Assembly (NCBI RefSeq): GCF_009914755.1
Contig: NC_060935.1
DNA: 64,000 nucleotides
Strand: one strand, 5' to 3'
From: the human T2T-CHM13v2.0 reference genome, Homo sapiens
Both the position numbers and the translations under genes were made by a program. This document shows positions 43,986-58,905 of the stretch, in pieces. The notes beneath the pieces were generated by a model. The model saw only the letters and a list, made by a program, of their open reading frames with translations, had not been told where the DNA came from and did no database searches. The stretch's first letter is position 1; each line of letters opens with the position of its first letter.

Positions 43986-45488
43986 TAGAAAACAATAGAG
44001 AAAAATATTTGAAATAAAGGATTTTTTTTTAATAAAAAAAAAAAAAGAAACAGGCTCATCACTTTCCTCTCATCACGGACTCTCCACTCATGAGGCCTCC
44101 ATTTCTGATATTTTACACCTCCTGTTTCCTCCCATTCCTCCTCCTCATTGACACAGTCATGCCAGTTTCCTCTATTCTTTTCCACACCACCCTCCTGGGC
44201 TCTTCCACCAGCACCTGAGCCGAGTGCCTGACTCCTATCTCCTCTTCCCAATCTCCCCCACACGCTGTTGCCTCCACAGAGATTAATTAGGGCTCAGGAG
44301 AGGGGGGAAAAAAAAGACTTTTCACTGTCTACTCTTGGGATCTTTCCAATTTTGTATCATGCATATGGATTACCCATTCATAAAATATGAAAGAAATTTA
44401 AAAGTAAATGAAAAACGGAGATAAAGCCTATATTCCTTATCCATTTTGTCTCATCTGAGTGGGCAACTTGGGAATCTTCCCGACCTAGAGTCCAGAATCT
44501 GCTGGCTCTGCCATATAAGGTTTTCCTCCTTGTAGGGAAGAGACATAATGGCTTCTTAGCCACCTCAAGCAGGTCTACCACTTTTCCCAGACAGCAATTG
44601 CAGATAGGCTTTGGGAGAAGAAAACCGGTAATGACAGCTAGTCTTCTGTTTGAAGTCCCTCTTTGTTTAGAAATCCCGTTTGCTTGGCTTTTAAGTTTTT
44701 GAGAAATAGGAAGAAAATGTTTCATCCTAACCCAGATAAGGCAAAAACAATTTGTGTCACCATGAGCTGGTGATTTCAGCTCCTTACCTAAGAAGCCTTG
44801 CCAGGTTTGAGGTCTAAGGCAAGGGCAGGAAGCAGCGTGGGTAAGGCTAGGAGTAAGACCCTTTCACTCATTTGCTCTGTGGTGTTCACAATTTCTGTTT
44901 CTTTCTGATCAAAAGACTCCAAAGAGTATGGAGGCTGCTACAGTTTTCACAGGCCCTCCCACAGTGGACTGAAGAAATCATGAAATTGCCAGACCTTTCT
45001 AAACCCTGCACAATATTAAGCACAAAGTGATTAAACAGAAGTGACTCTCAGCACCGTTGAGAGCCAAGATCTTTAATCGCATCCCACAGGCCGTGCCCCA
45101 GTGCTTGTCCTGGTGCTGATAAGGGGCCCCTTTCTGCTCCTCACCAAGGCCTGGCTCTTCCCAGGCCCCTTTCCCCACCCCCAAACATAGCAAAGCCCCA
45201 GGGCCCACCTCTGCCCCTGGAGCAGCATTCAGAAAACCAAGGTACATGACTGCCAAGCCAAGGGGCAAGAGAGGGTGCAGGATCAGGTAAGTGAAGACAA
45301 GAGAACAGGCCAGAGGTGGGATGTGGATCTAGGAAAAAATGCTGTGGTCTGTAAGAGAGAAATCTGAGTTGCAATCAGCAAGAAAATGTGCTTCTAGCAA
45401 TGGCCCTCCCTCTGTTCACCAATCTTTTATAGTTGCCAGTTTATCTCCCTTCTCCTCCCCAAGTCACAGTCTGACATTTGTCATCATC

Positions 45489-45776
45489 TTTTTTTTTTTT
45501 TTTTTTTTTTTTTGAGACAAGGTCTTGCTCTGTCATCCAGGCTGGAGTGCAGTGGTGCAATCACAGCTCACTGCAGCCTGCAACTCCTGAGCTCAAGCTA
45601 TCCATCTTAGCCTCCTGAGTAGCTGGGACCGCACCTGGCTAATTTGTTTTATTTTTGGTAGAGATGAGGTCTCACTATATTGCCCATGCTGGTCTTGAAC
45701 TCCTAAGCTCAAGCAATCCTCCTGCCTCAGTCTCCCAGAGTGCTGGGATTACAGGCATGAGCCACTGCACCTGGCC
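45489..45776 (-). mobile_element. AluJ
   Basis: Alu antisense with J diagnostics. Confidence 0.92.
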
Positions 45777-45935
45777 TCATTGTCTGACACTTGTCAACCC
45801 AATTTCAGGTTATAAACTTGAGCCAGTTACAAGCATTTATCCCTGTATGGAGGGAAGCTTTGACGTAATTAATAGGTCTTCTAAAAGGTTTCTTTGGTTT
45901 CTAAACAAGATTTTCTTTTCCCATTGTTGAGTGTT

Positions 45936-46375
<440 letters not shown>

Positions 46376-47314
46376 TGAAGCTGGTGGAGGGAGGGATGCC
46401 TTCTGTCTTGAGACCTCAGTGCATGCTGCACATCAGGGAACTGAGGGTTCAAAAGGCAGGAGCAGGGCTTCTTCAAGGCTCCTACCCATATCTTCTTTCC
46501 TAAGGCAAAAAAAATTTCAAATTAGTGTTTGTTTTTCTTTCACTATCAAGGGCTTTGCATTTTCAAGCGAAGTGCCTTCTACCAAGAGGAATGTTATAAT
46601 CCAATTCAAGGGGATTTCAGCTCACGAAAGAGGATTAGGAGCCATTGGGTAGATGACAAGTGGCAGCATATTTCCTATCAAGAGCCTCTTAAGATTTTTT
46701 TTCCCTGACTGGGAGTTCTGCTGTCTCTACCGTAAGAAGCTCAGAAGAGACATATTAGAGACACAGGCCGCCTTCTCTCCCCAGTGCCCCTGCCACATTG
46801 TCTTGCTATTTGCTGCAGATCATAAGAGAGTGCATGGCCTTTTCACACTTTGAGGCAAAACAAAAATGCCTGAAAACAAAGACCAAAATGATAACCAACC
46901 CCCAGGCTCCTGGGCATAGGTAGGAAAATGAACAAGATCTGAACCTAATCTGTTCTGATTGCTATATATCTGCACCTGGCCAGCCACCTTGTCCCAGAAA
47001 AGGGTAAGACAGGGAACATTTTTTCTCCTGAAATTTCAGCTTGGAACACATTCCAAGCTGGCTTCTCAGGCAGGAGCTGTCAAACAAGATGCAAAGAGAC
47101 ACCAGCAACAGAACCCAGGACAACGGAGCCCAGTTCCCTGGCAACTGCCTACCCAGGCCTGGCTCTCCCCCAGAGCTGGGCCTCCCATAGCATTCTTCCC
47201 TGTGATGTGTTACCTGGAAGGAAGGGTGAGCAGACAGACTTTTCCAACCTCCCCTCTGACTCACAGAACAAAAGAGGGCTAATTGTTTTTCTTTTGGATG
47301 AGCATGTAGACCAT

Positions 47315-47530
47315 GAAAAAAGCAGCCTAGTGAATGACAGAGTAGGGACTTGGAGTCAGCCCTGTCTGGGCCTGGTTCTCACTATTGCTTTCTAGCAGCG
47401 TATACTTCTCCAAGCACTAGATCCTTCGCCTGAAAGGAGAAGAGGAATAATACCAACTTAGTGGGTCACTATCAGAGTTAAAGCAAATATGGCACAGGGC
47501 AGGGCCAGACTTAATAAATGTCTGCTAAAT
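47315..47530 (+). mobile_element. MIR
   Basis: gcagcctagtgaatgacagagtagggacttggagtcag. Confidence 0.6.
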
Positions 47531-48514
47531 TTGAATTATCAACTGTAAAAAATGGGCAGAGTCTATTACAACCAACTGAATTTGTGCGATTCAGGTTGCT
47601 TTCAGTTTACTTTATTTTTATGGTTTCTAACTCCGTTGGAGTTAAAAGAAGATGGAGACTTCCTCCTGTATTTCTTCAACTTCTAAATAAGCCTCCTGTT
47701 AAATTCACAAGGAGAAAGGCCATCATCTAGACAATATCCTCTTGGCACCCTCTAGAAAGCCACTTGCTTGTATGATCAATTTGTCCTCACAACCAGGTTA
47801 ATTTTCAGGCTCCCAGGAGCCAGCGTGATCATTTCAAACTGCACTGTTTCAGGGTTTAGGTGACAGGCTTGTGCTTTGGTCCTCGGTTCTATCAGACCTT
47901 TCCATCAGGCCTTTCTCTAATGCTCCCACCCCCATCCCAGGAAGGCTGTGAACTGAGGATGCTCCCCTGAGTTTAGGATGCTTAGAATGAAGCTCTCACT
48001 TCTCCTCCCTCTGAGTACCTGCCCTAGGGCTTGGCTGCAAACCAAGACCCTGGAACCTCGAAACAAGCCACTCCCTCTGCCTGCAGCTGAGGTGGAAAAC
48101 GTCCCAATGTTACCAGTAAAACGATTACATCTTTTACTCATATGTTTTTCTCCCTGTGTATTTCTGCCAACGCATTTTGAACTGAACAGGCTTTTTAAAA
48201 TGCTTTTCTGCCTTAATTCTCTTGCCTCCTTTTTCCTGCTCCCCCTTCTCCAGCTTTTGTTTATTGGTTTGGTTTGCTTATTACTGCATTGCAATGATAG
48301 CCCCAGTTACTAGTCGGGGTATAAATAGGACATGCTTCTTTTTTGCCAGGACGAATCAAGAGTTAAAATAAAGAAGCAGCTGTTTTTCACTCATTCATTT
48401 CAGGACATTTACTGAGCAGTGACTGTAGTCAGGTTACTCTGCTACGGAAATGAAGATGAATATGGCATGGCTGGCTCTCAAGGAGCTCAAGGGTTGGGGC
48501 AGGGACATTGACTC

Positions 48515-48790
48515 CAGGATTTGTGAATAGGATTCAGAGGGTCTGTGACCCCTGAAATTATAAGACAAAATTTTGTGTGTATATACATGCACACACACGC
48601 GTGCACACATGCACGCACACACACACACCCCATCTGTATACATATTATATATATATACACATATATATGTATATATATGTGTATATATATATATACAGAC
48701 AGTGAATTTTTTCAGGGAGAAAATTTCATAGCTCTTATCATATTTTCAAAGGCATCCAGAGTATAAGACAAATGGGGTTAGGAAGCAGTA
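48515..48790 (+). mobile_element. MER103C-like hAT element with internal (CA)/(TA) microsatellite
   Basis: gggtctgtgacccctgaaatt..aaaattttgtgtgtat..catagctcttatcatattttcaaagg. Confidence 0.65.
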
Positions 48791-48869
48791 GGCTAAGAAT
48801 TATTGGTCTACAAGGAGATACGGACATATGAATGAATCGTTAAGATGCAGTTTCTTGCAGTCCCCTTGA

Positions 48870-49635
48870 TTGACTGATTCTCTCTTTCTCTCCACATCCA
48901 ATCTGTCAGGAGATCCTATTGGCTCTATCTTGAAAATATATTGCAAATTTATTATCGCCTCACCACCACCACCACTACCACCCTGGTCCGCACTATCATC
49001 TCAGCCTTGAGTATTACTTCTGCCCTTGTCCCTGCAATGTATTTTCGACACTACAGAAGCCAGCCCAAGCCTTTTCAAGGATGAAGCAGATTATTTCACT
49101 CCTCTGCTCAAAATGCATCAAATGCTTTCCTGCTTACAAAGGTTAAATTCCAAACACCTTTATGTTCCAAAGGACCAATGTGCTATGTCCCATCTCTTCT
49201 CCTTCTCTGACCTGAGCTCTGACACATTCCCTTTCACTCAGTCATCTCCAGAGTTGCTTCCTGCTATTCCTCATACATCCCTCATAAGTGCCTCAGGACA
49301 TTTGCACACCATTGCCTCTGCTTGCAACTCTCTTCCCCAAATGTCAGTTTGGCTTACTGACACTTCATTCAAATCTCTGCTCAAATGTCACTCGATTAAA
49401 AATATCCGTCATGTCCACCCTAGTTAAAACAGCACCCCATTTTCTCTCAACCTTTGTTTTCTTTTTCGTCTGATATTAAATTATGTATTTGTTTATTTTC
49501 ATATTGTCTGTACACACACATACAAGAATGTAACCTCCTTGAGATCAGGGATTTTGTTTAGTTTATCACTCTATCTGCAGCCCCGGGTCTATAGAAGCTG
49601 CTTAATAAATATCTGTCAAATGAATACATGAATGA
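48870..49635 (+). mobile_element. L2a 3' region
   Basis: tttcactcctctgctcaaaa..gcctcaggacatttgcac..aataaatatctgtcaaatgaat. Confidence 0.85.
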
Positions 49636-49679
49636 ACCATGCATAAGTGCAAATGCAGTGAAGTAACAAGTAATAGTTT

Positions 49680-50530
49680 TATGTACAAAATGCCGCAGAA
49701 GCACATGAAAGAAGAAGCCGCTTACACTGCTTTGGGAAGGTGAAGGAGAGGAGCTTGCCAGGCAGAAAAAGCTTCCAGAAGAGGCAATGCCATATCAGCA
49801 CATTATAGGATGAGGCTGTGGAGCCAGGGCTGTCGAGAAGGGTATACTAGGCAGGAGAAAGAGCATAGGCTAAAAAGCTGGGGTGGGGGTGCCTGGAGAA
49901 GCATGGCCTATTGGGAACTGAAAGTAATTCCAGGAACACTGAGCATTTTCAGTGATGTAAGACTATGCTTGGAGAAATTGCCCTGTGGCTATAGGCAAGA
50001 CAGATTAGAGCTGAAAGAGCCCTAAGGCGGGGAGCCCACTTAGGAACCTGGTGATAGAGATCGACTGAAAGACAAAGAGACCAGAACTAAGAAGGAGAGT
50101 AGAGATGGAGAGAAAGAAGTCAGAATGAGAGAAATGGACTCTGGGATCTACTGCATGTGAAACGAAAAAGAAAAAAAGTCTAGGTAACTCTAACTCTCGA
50201 CTAACAAACACGCAGCCCTAGTGTCCCCAGCCTCCTTCCCCTGCCCATTGCAAGGCTCATTACCCATGTACTCCTTCTCTCTGAGGCATGACTTGGCCTT
50301 CGAATCCTCCTCAACACAGAGCATCAGGCCACTGTTACATATTAATCGGAGTTGATAGTCAAATGTAAACCTGTTTGTCATTTGCGATATAAGGTTTCTA
50401 CTTTGAGTGACTCTGTGGTGCTATCATGAATTGAAATAGTAAAGAAAAAGAAAGCTTTGGTAGGGAGGATTTAAGTTAACTTTGACCATGTGGGATACAA
50501 TAGTTGTGGAAATATAGATGGAGATATTCA
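49680..50530 (-). mobile_element. L2 fragments (antisense)
   Basis: gcttccagaagaggcaatgc..aaggtttctactttgagtgac..ttaactttgaccatgt. Confidence 0.5.
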
Positions 50531-51859
50531 GCCTAGTGGAGGACAAGGGAAAGGGCAGCGAAATAGCTCTCAGAACTCAGCTGCTCTACATCCCTCCCTC
50601 CTTACCACCTCCAACAGTCCTCCAAACCTCCAGCCTCACGCCCACAGGGCCATTCATGTTTGGGGTCCTGCTCTACTGCCCTAACTTCATCATATGGCCC
50701 TTACTGCCTCGCAATTTATGTTCCCACCACTTCTTTCAGCTCCCTCCATGCCCCTCTTCTTTCTCCACCATGCTTCCTCTCCCATGGGACATCCTTCCCC
50801 TCTTCTCCAGTCTTCTAGCTTGGTCTGATTAATGCCTATTCATCCCTCCTCTGCCAGTTTAGATGCCACTCTCCTGGAGCTCTTCTATGGCACTTGGCCT
50901 CCTTGTCATAGCAGAGCACCATCCCCTGTTGCTGGGATTGCCTGGTCATTCGTCCAACAGCCCATAAGCCATGCGAATGTGAAGGCCATGCATCTGAACA
51001 CAGGGTAGTATCTCTCCATCTGTCATTTCCCCTCTGCAATCCTAGGCTACTGCTAAGCCTACCCTTAGTGTCACCTCCCACATGCAACCCTAGGCACATA
51101 TCCACCAACCTGCCTATGCACCAAGCACCCTTTTGTCCCTTATGTGCCAGCCTGAATTGGAGTAGAAAGAGATAAAGATTGGAAATGGGGAATTCAGGAG
51201 GCCCCAAACAACTTATGATTCACCAAACTAAAAGAATGTGACACTCAGAACTGCCTCTCACCTCCAAAGGGAATGAGAAGGTGTTGGTGACTCTTAGGTC
51301 CCTCAGATTTTATTTTCTTTTGGTCCTTCACTCACTGGCAGAGCAGAATTCGTAGGGTCTAAAGTATGAAGCAGAGCTTGAGTCCTGATTGGTTCCCTGG
51401 GAGAAATTTGGTTTTTAAGGTAGACTTTCCAGATCTGAGATGTCAGCACCTCTCATTTTATTCTTCTTAGGTAAGTCTCTAAAGGTACCTGTCGGGAGAC
51501 TAGACAACCAAAGAGCACAGTCTCTAGAAGCTGCAGAGAACCTCCCCTTCTAATTTCTGCAGGAAGGCATTTCTCTATGAAGGACTTGTTGAGAAAGAAG
51601 ACAGCTAGGAATGCCAGTACCTAGTGCATTTGGGACTCATTACATTTTTGTAGGAAATAGCAACATAGAAGAATGCTGCTTTGGGCTGGGGAGGGCTTTT
51701 TGGGGAGGAATTGAGGCTAGTGGGAGAACATATAGAGACAACGACATGGAAAGTTAAAAAAAAAAAAGAGAGAGAGAAATCAGTGGAGGCTTATGATCAC
51801 TGAAATTAATGGGAGTCCTGAGAATCTGATAGTCACCTTTTGTATACCTATCTTGGGTT

Positions 51860-52200
51860 ACACATTTATTCAACAAACATTACCTGAACAACTGTAATGT
51901 ACCATGCACTGTATTGCATGTTAACCAAGAAGTGGCAGGAGCTTCTGTGGTTGGAGATGCTTAATGTACAGACTGAGCACAGTACTGACTGCTTAGGACT
52001 CTGGTTAAAGAATATAGTTGTTGCAGTCTGACAGCTGTGTTCAAATCATGGCTCTGCCACTTACTAGCTGTGTGATCTTGAGTCAGTTAGTAATCCCAGG
52101 TTCTAATTTATAAAATGGAGATAACACTTATATCACAATGTTGCTATGAAGAATAAACGAGATGATAGCACATAGTAGGCCTTCTTTAAGTGCTTGCTTT
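51860..52200. mobile_element. L2 3' tail (minus) followed by MIR (plus)
   Basis: atttattcaacaaacatt; ggctctgccacttactagctgtgtgatcttg. Confidence 0.75.
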
Positions 52201-52849
52201 TATTATTCATGTATTTACTCAGTACATATTTATTGGGGACTCCATGTATTACTATTATTGCAAATCATATGCCTTCTTGCTGTCTAAACACACTCTATCA
52301 ACCTCTGTCTCCATTTTTTCAACATCTTTGTGAAGACGGAGGGGACAGAAGAACATTCACCAATTTAGAATAAGAGCATTTGCTGACTTGTCTAAACAGG
52401 CACTCTACCTGACAAATAGTTTTATTTTTTTTCCCCAAAAGGAAAAAAATCCGTCTCTCATTAAATCAGTGGGCAGGATGCCTTCTTCCTCAACTGACAG
52501 CTGACATTGCTGGCAGCACTTCTGTGTAAGCATCTGGCAGGTGACCACTGAAGGAAGCCACGGACGTGGTTGGTGCAGCCCTGACATGCATAGACAGCCA
52601 GGCAGACTTGCCAGTCACCACCCACTTAGAACCCTCTGCTGCTGGTGGATGCCACCAGCCCAGCCAAGATCACACATCTAGACAAGGCTCAGGTTGTCCC
52701 ATTGTCATCCAAGGACCAGAGAGCCACAATGCTAATCTGGCTTCAGTGAGAAAGAATGCACAGGGAACATCTCCAACACATACTTCAGGTATGAGCACAC
52801 ACATGCACACGTGCACACACACAGTCAGAGACAGAATGATTGTTTCTAA

Positions 52850-53220
52850 GCAAAGACATTCTGCAGTAAACCTAGAGTGGATCCTAGCTAAACAATAAAT
52901 GAGCTATGAAAGACATTCTTGGCAGAAGTAGAACCTTGGAATATAATAGGTAGAATGTTAGATGATATTATGAAATTAAGGTTCATTTTCTTAGGTGTAT
53001 GAAGGGTACTGTGCATGTGCGAGATTGGGAAATGTATACTGAAGTACTTAAGAGTGAAGCATCATGGCATCTAGAAATCAATTTCAAACAGTGCAGCAAG
53101 ATAGGCCAACAGATAATGCAATTATGGCAAACTGTTTAAAGTTGTTGAATCCAAATCAAGGGTTTGTTGGCCTATTCTTTCAATTCTTCTTTATGTTTGA
53201 AAATGTTAATAGTAAGAAAC
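52850..53220 (+). mobile_element. L1MC4/5-like 3' end
   Basis: gagtggatcct..ttagatgatattatgaaatt..ttttcttaggtgt..atactgaagtact. Confidence 0.65.
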
Positions 53221-53459
53221 AGAGGTAAAAAGAATTATAAAGAAAGAATTAGCCACAAAGTGCTCAAAAGCTGAAATTTTCATAATGTTAATTCACCTGA
53301 GATGTACACAGGTTAATAGCATGAATAAGAACGGTGTAGAGGAATATCTGGGGGCGGGACTAGATTCTGCAGACAACAGGGGAAATGGCAGAGCCACACG
53401 TAATCACATGATGAACATCTCTAAAGAACTTTATCCTGTTGACTCCTCCTCTTACATAT

Positions 53460-53645
53460 TCTCACTCAGGCTTTACGAATGGCCCAATGAATGAGGTAGG
53501 TGTTATCATGCTCTGGCTTCTTACAGTTAAGGGAACTAGAACTCAGAGAGATTAAAGTCAGTTACCCAAAGTCATGTGACACATAAGTGACAGAGCTAGG
53601 ATAAAACTGGTGTCTTCTAGTCTGAAACCTTGTGCTATTTTCTCT
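53460..53645 (-). mobile_element. MIR
   Basis: ttacagttaagggaactagaactcagagagattaaagtcagttacccaaagtcat. Confidence 0.7.
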
Positions 53646-53651
53646 ACATCA

Positions 53652-54040
53652 TGTGTTTTCATGTGGGTTCTCCCAGAAGCAGGCCTTGATACAGGGATTC
53701 TAGTGCAGTGAGTGTATTTGGGAGGTTCAAGGACCAGTACTGGAGGAGAACGAAAGTGACAGAGCAAAGAGAAGGAGACTGGCAGGAGTGTAGAGTGAGC
53801 CTGCTATGGCAGTGAGCAACTGGAGCTGAATTTCATGGGAAAAATCTGGGAGACAGTATAAAACACATGCCTCACAATTATCCCACCCAAGGGGTGAAGG
53901 GTCTGGAATATTTATGCCCCAATTAGCAAGAGTCATTGGTTGAAGGCTGCTCCCAGGAGTGATAACTCCCCTGGCACTTCCAGCTTGCAGCAGTTCTGAG
54001 ACAAAGTCCTCAGACACAGAGACACAGATAGAAGCCTGGC
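53652..54040 (-). mobile_element. LTR16-family ERVL solo LTR
   Basis: gggttctcccagaagcaggccttgatacagggatt..gtatttgggagg..gtcattggttgaaggctgc. Confidence 0.75.
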
Positions 54041-55299
54041 CCATGCACCCTGGCTCAGTACGGTTTGAGGAATGTGACTAACAAACTGCCCACATCTGCT
54101 ACGCCATGCTCCAGGGAACCCAGCCTCCCCTGCTTCCTTCTCCTCTTACCAGCCAAGTACAAGAAGTAGAGATCAGCTCGGACTCCAACACTGTCCAGGG
54201 AGATCCAGCCCCTCTTTAGAGTGAAGCAAGATTTAAAGGCACTCGTTTGAGGCATGTACCCATCCATTCAGGTGGTTCCATACCTGTGATCAAATCCTAA
54301 GGCAGCAGCGGCAAATCCTGACCTGAGTGGTATTAACATGCAGGCACATATGTGTACACAGCATTGCTGTTTCTAAAGTTACTTTAAGCCACATAAGGCT
54401 AAGAATAAACCACTCAGAGGAAGAAGTTCAACAGCTGTTTACTGGAGTGTAAAAGCAAATGAATGGGGTTCATCATAAATTCAGACACCACATCAAGCCC
54501 CTCATTAGCCTCACTTAGGGTTTGAAGACAATCGGGAGATGGATAACAGGCTGGAATGAATATGGGGCCCAGGAGCATGATCTAGCATCCCTTTCATATC
54601 TCATTATTCCTGCTGCCTGCTGTGCTCTGAACAATCAGACCCATCCAACAGAAAAGAGCTTACAAATGCAAAAACACTGGGCAATCATGATTGTTTAAAA
54701 TCTGTTTTTAAAATTTTACAGCCATCATAGCTCCAGTAACAGAACTGAAAATATTTCACCCACAGTTCTGCAACCACCAATAAATCAGGCTGCTGTCATT
54801 TTTCCATGTTTCCTTCCAAAAAAATAGAAGTGTCAGGGAACTAAACAGTAAAGGCAACACATGTTAGAATGGGGCAGATTGAGGCAGTTCACCCAAATGA
54901 GATGGGATGTTGGAATGCTTTGGAGAGGGATTGGCCAGCTTTGGATGTGCTGGCAAAGAAATGTCACAAAAGCAAGCCTTGGCTGCCCTGCCCAGCACGA
55001 TCCCAGGGAGACACAGAGCTTTAGTCAATGGGTTTTGAGTGTTTCCACTTCTGCTGGCAAGACAATCCCTATGATAAAATCAGGCTGTCTTCGCTGCATA
55101 CTATTAGATACACAATTTCTCTAATTGTTTTGTTCTGGTTCCGTGTTTGCCAAGCAACCTTACGCTTCCGAGTAGATCTTCCTGCACAAAGATAATGTGT
55201 CGTCTCACTGACTTTGAGTATTTCTGTCCCCATCATAATGCTCTCTCAAGAGAAACCAAGAATGTCACTTTTCAAAAATTTTCCTAGGATTATGTAAGA

Positions 55300-55520
55300 T
55301 TCACTATTTGTTCAGCATTGCTGTAAAACTAAAGTACTTTACCTAGATCTACTCATTTTAATCCTCATGATGGCTCCAGAAAGTAGATGCCACTATGGCC
55401 TCCATTTTGCAGATGACTGACAAGGAATGCAAGGGATTTGCCCCAGGACACGTGGCTAGTAAAGGGCAGAGCCAGGACATGAACCTAAACAGCCTGGTTT
55501 CAGAGCTCATGCCCTCTGAA
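55300..55520 (-). mobile_element. MIR
   Basis: ctcattttaatcctcat..ccattttgcagatga..ggcagagccaggacatgaacc. Confidence 0.75.
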
Positions 55521-55559
55521 GACCACCAAGTCATGTTGCCTCTCTCATTAGGATTTTTC

Positions 55560-56295
<736 letters not shown>

Positions 56296-56724
56296 AGGGT
56301 TTGATGCTTCTTGTATTTTATTATATGCTGGGGTTTCTGCTTCTGCATTGGCTCCCTCTGCTTCTTGCCTCTGGGGAGAGAAAGCATTACAGTGCTGAGA
56401 CAGGTATCTCTGTTCCACATGATATTTGTATTTCTCTTTCTAAGTCATTACACTGGCACTCTAATGTCTAGGTCAGGCCTTCATTAATTTTCTTTGAGGT
56501 AGGGACAGCCTCTCAGAGCTTGACACCTTTGGCCGTTGTGACAAAACTCACTTTCCAGGTCTTGGAGATCCACATCCAGTAAGTCCATAGTGAGGCAAAA
56601 AAAATATTTCCAGTTCCCGATGCAGGCTTCCCCATGGCTGACAGGTGCATGCATGCTTTTGTGGGCTGCTTTTCATCCTATCATATTTGTTTCCATGACT
56701 GTAAAATATTTTTGTATACTTAGC

Positions 56725-57130
56725 TGTTATTAATATTTATTCGACACTTATAATAAGCCAACAACTATTCTAGGCACTTTTTAAATATTATCTTTTTAAT
56801 CCTGACAAGCCTGCAGTAACAAAGATTATTTTTCCCCATTTAACAAAAGAGAGGTTAAGTAATTTCCCCCAAGATCACACAGCTGGTAAGGATCAGATGG
56901 CTGCATGCTGTTCTGTTATGTAGTTGTACTATAATTTTCTTAACTGTTGACTATTTTCATTAGATAAAAGTTTTTTTGCTACTTTAAGTAACTCCATAAA
57001 GAACATCTTTGTCCACATAGCTTTATCTTTCTTTGGTGTTAGTTCCTTAGGTTATATTTCCAGAAGTGCTACTACTAAATCAAATAGTACAACTATTTTT
57101 GTGGCTTTTGATTGCTAAAACATTTTCCAA
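56725..57130 (-). mobile_element. MIR followed by old L1ME fragment
   Basis: gaggttaagtaatttccccaagatcacacagctgg; aagaacatctttgtccacatagct. Confidence 0.6.
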
Positions 57131-57519
57131 AAGGCCAATAAAGATGGTCATGCCAAGGTTTCATGCCAAGGGTCCAGTGTGGGTGAAATCGCAAATCAGG
57201 GAAGCAAATGTTGAAGGCTTCCCATCTCCGCTTTGTGTTTTGTTTGTTTGGTTGGTTGATTGGTTGGTTTCTGTTTTAATTTTTAATCCAACACCTTCAG
57301 TCTGACCCTAGAATAGCTAATTAGTCCCATGGCACCAAGTCCTACATTCCTCTAGTAATGTCTTATGCCCCTGAGACATTCTTCCTCCTGTCCCATTCTT
57401 CTCCCAAACACCCACCCACCCTCACACCCAATAAACCTCCCTTTTTGTCAGGGTTTATAACTATCATAAAGAAAGAAGTGATTACACCAAGCTACTAAGG
57501 AGTGATAATTTATTATTAA

Positions 57520-57960
57520 GGTACGGTGCCTGGGGAATTTGTCCTAAGGAACAATGGGGACAAGTGCTCAGAGTGGTATATATGAGAATGTTCCTAGAGG
57601 TGTTGTTGACAAAAAGCAGTGGTTAGGCAACCTATATGTCCAATAACACTAGATTAGTAAATAAATTATAGTAAACCCTACAATGGAATACCATACAGTG
57701 ATTTAAAATGATGATGTAAATGTGTGCTTATTGACTTGAAATGGTAGTGTTAAGTTTGGAGAGGGAGGGAGTAAATTATAGAACATTTGATATAATCTCA
57801 ATTTGGTAAAAGGGAATATATACATACATATAGGACAAAGGAGGTCTCTTGTATATACACAAGTATATATGTGTGTGTGTATAAAATGTCAACAACCAAA
57901 AAAAAAAAACTGGAAGGATAGATACCAAAATGTTTTCTTTAGGAAGGTGGGAGTAAGGAT
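57520..57960 (+). mobile_element. Old L1ME 3' fragment
   Basis: gcaacctatatgtccaataa..aataaattatagta..caatggaataccatacag. Confidence 0.6.
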
Positions 57961-58669
57961 GATTTTTTTTTCTTAAACCTACTTTCTAATTAACATGTGT
58001 TACTTATATCATCTTTAAGACTTTTTTATGCTGTGCTTGGAGTTGGCACTGCTAGGAGAGAATGAGCATGTAATGTGCAGGTGGGTGGGAGAGAGTGTGG
58101 GGGCTGGGAGCTTGTCAGAGACACTCCAATCCACCAGCACTGATATTGGCTACTCCACCTGCTCCCCAGCCTGGCCCCTTCTAAATGTGCACTGAAGGAA
58201 AAACTGGCTGTCACTAATTTGCCCCTCTCCAAATGGCTATAAAAAGCAAGTTGATTTAGGATTCCATGAATCCTACCTACTCTAACATATGCTGAACATC
58301 TTTTTTGTGTGCTTTTGTTAAAAATGCTTTCTAAATGAGCTGGTGCCCATATGTCTCAGGATCCTAAAATGTGGCTAGGTAGGCTGGCACAAGTCATGTT
58401 TCTATAATTCACTTCCGTGGGTTTCTAATGAGCTCAGTTAACTACAGCAGGAGTTTCCCAGCCCAAACCATGATGCAGACCATATAACGATAAACCTTCT
58501 CTTCCCTAGACACCCCCAGAGAAGAAAAGGAGGAAAGATGAAAGACTTATCAGTTTACTAAGCACTTTTTATAAAACATGGTTTTGGTTGTATATGTGTG
58601 CATGTGTTTTTATCCTATTCTGGAGTGTGACAGGCATGTGCTGGTCAAGAGACATTTAGCCTAGTATTA

Positions 58670-58905
58670 TGAACATGGGCACAAAGTTAGACAGAACTGG
58701 TTTTGAATTCCAGTCCTGAAACCTACTAGCTGGGTGATCTTGGACAATTTACTGAATCTATTCTTTTCTGTTTCCTCATCTGTAAAATGGGAATGACAAT
58801 AATAAAACTGATCTCCTAGGGTCATTGTGAGGATTGAATAAGACAGTGCATGAAAAGTACCTAGCATAGGCCCTGGAACATAGTAAGAACTCGACAAATA
58901 TTATT
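58670..58905 (+). mobile_element. MIR (near complete)
   Basis: tttcctcatctgtaaaatgggaatgacaata..gtgaggattgaataag..catagtaagaactc. Confidence 0.85.
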
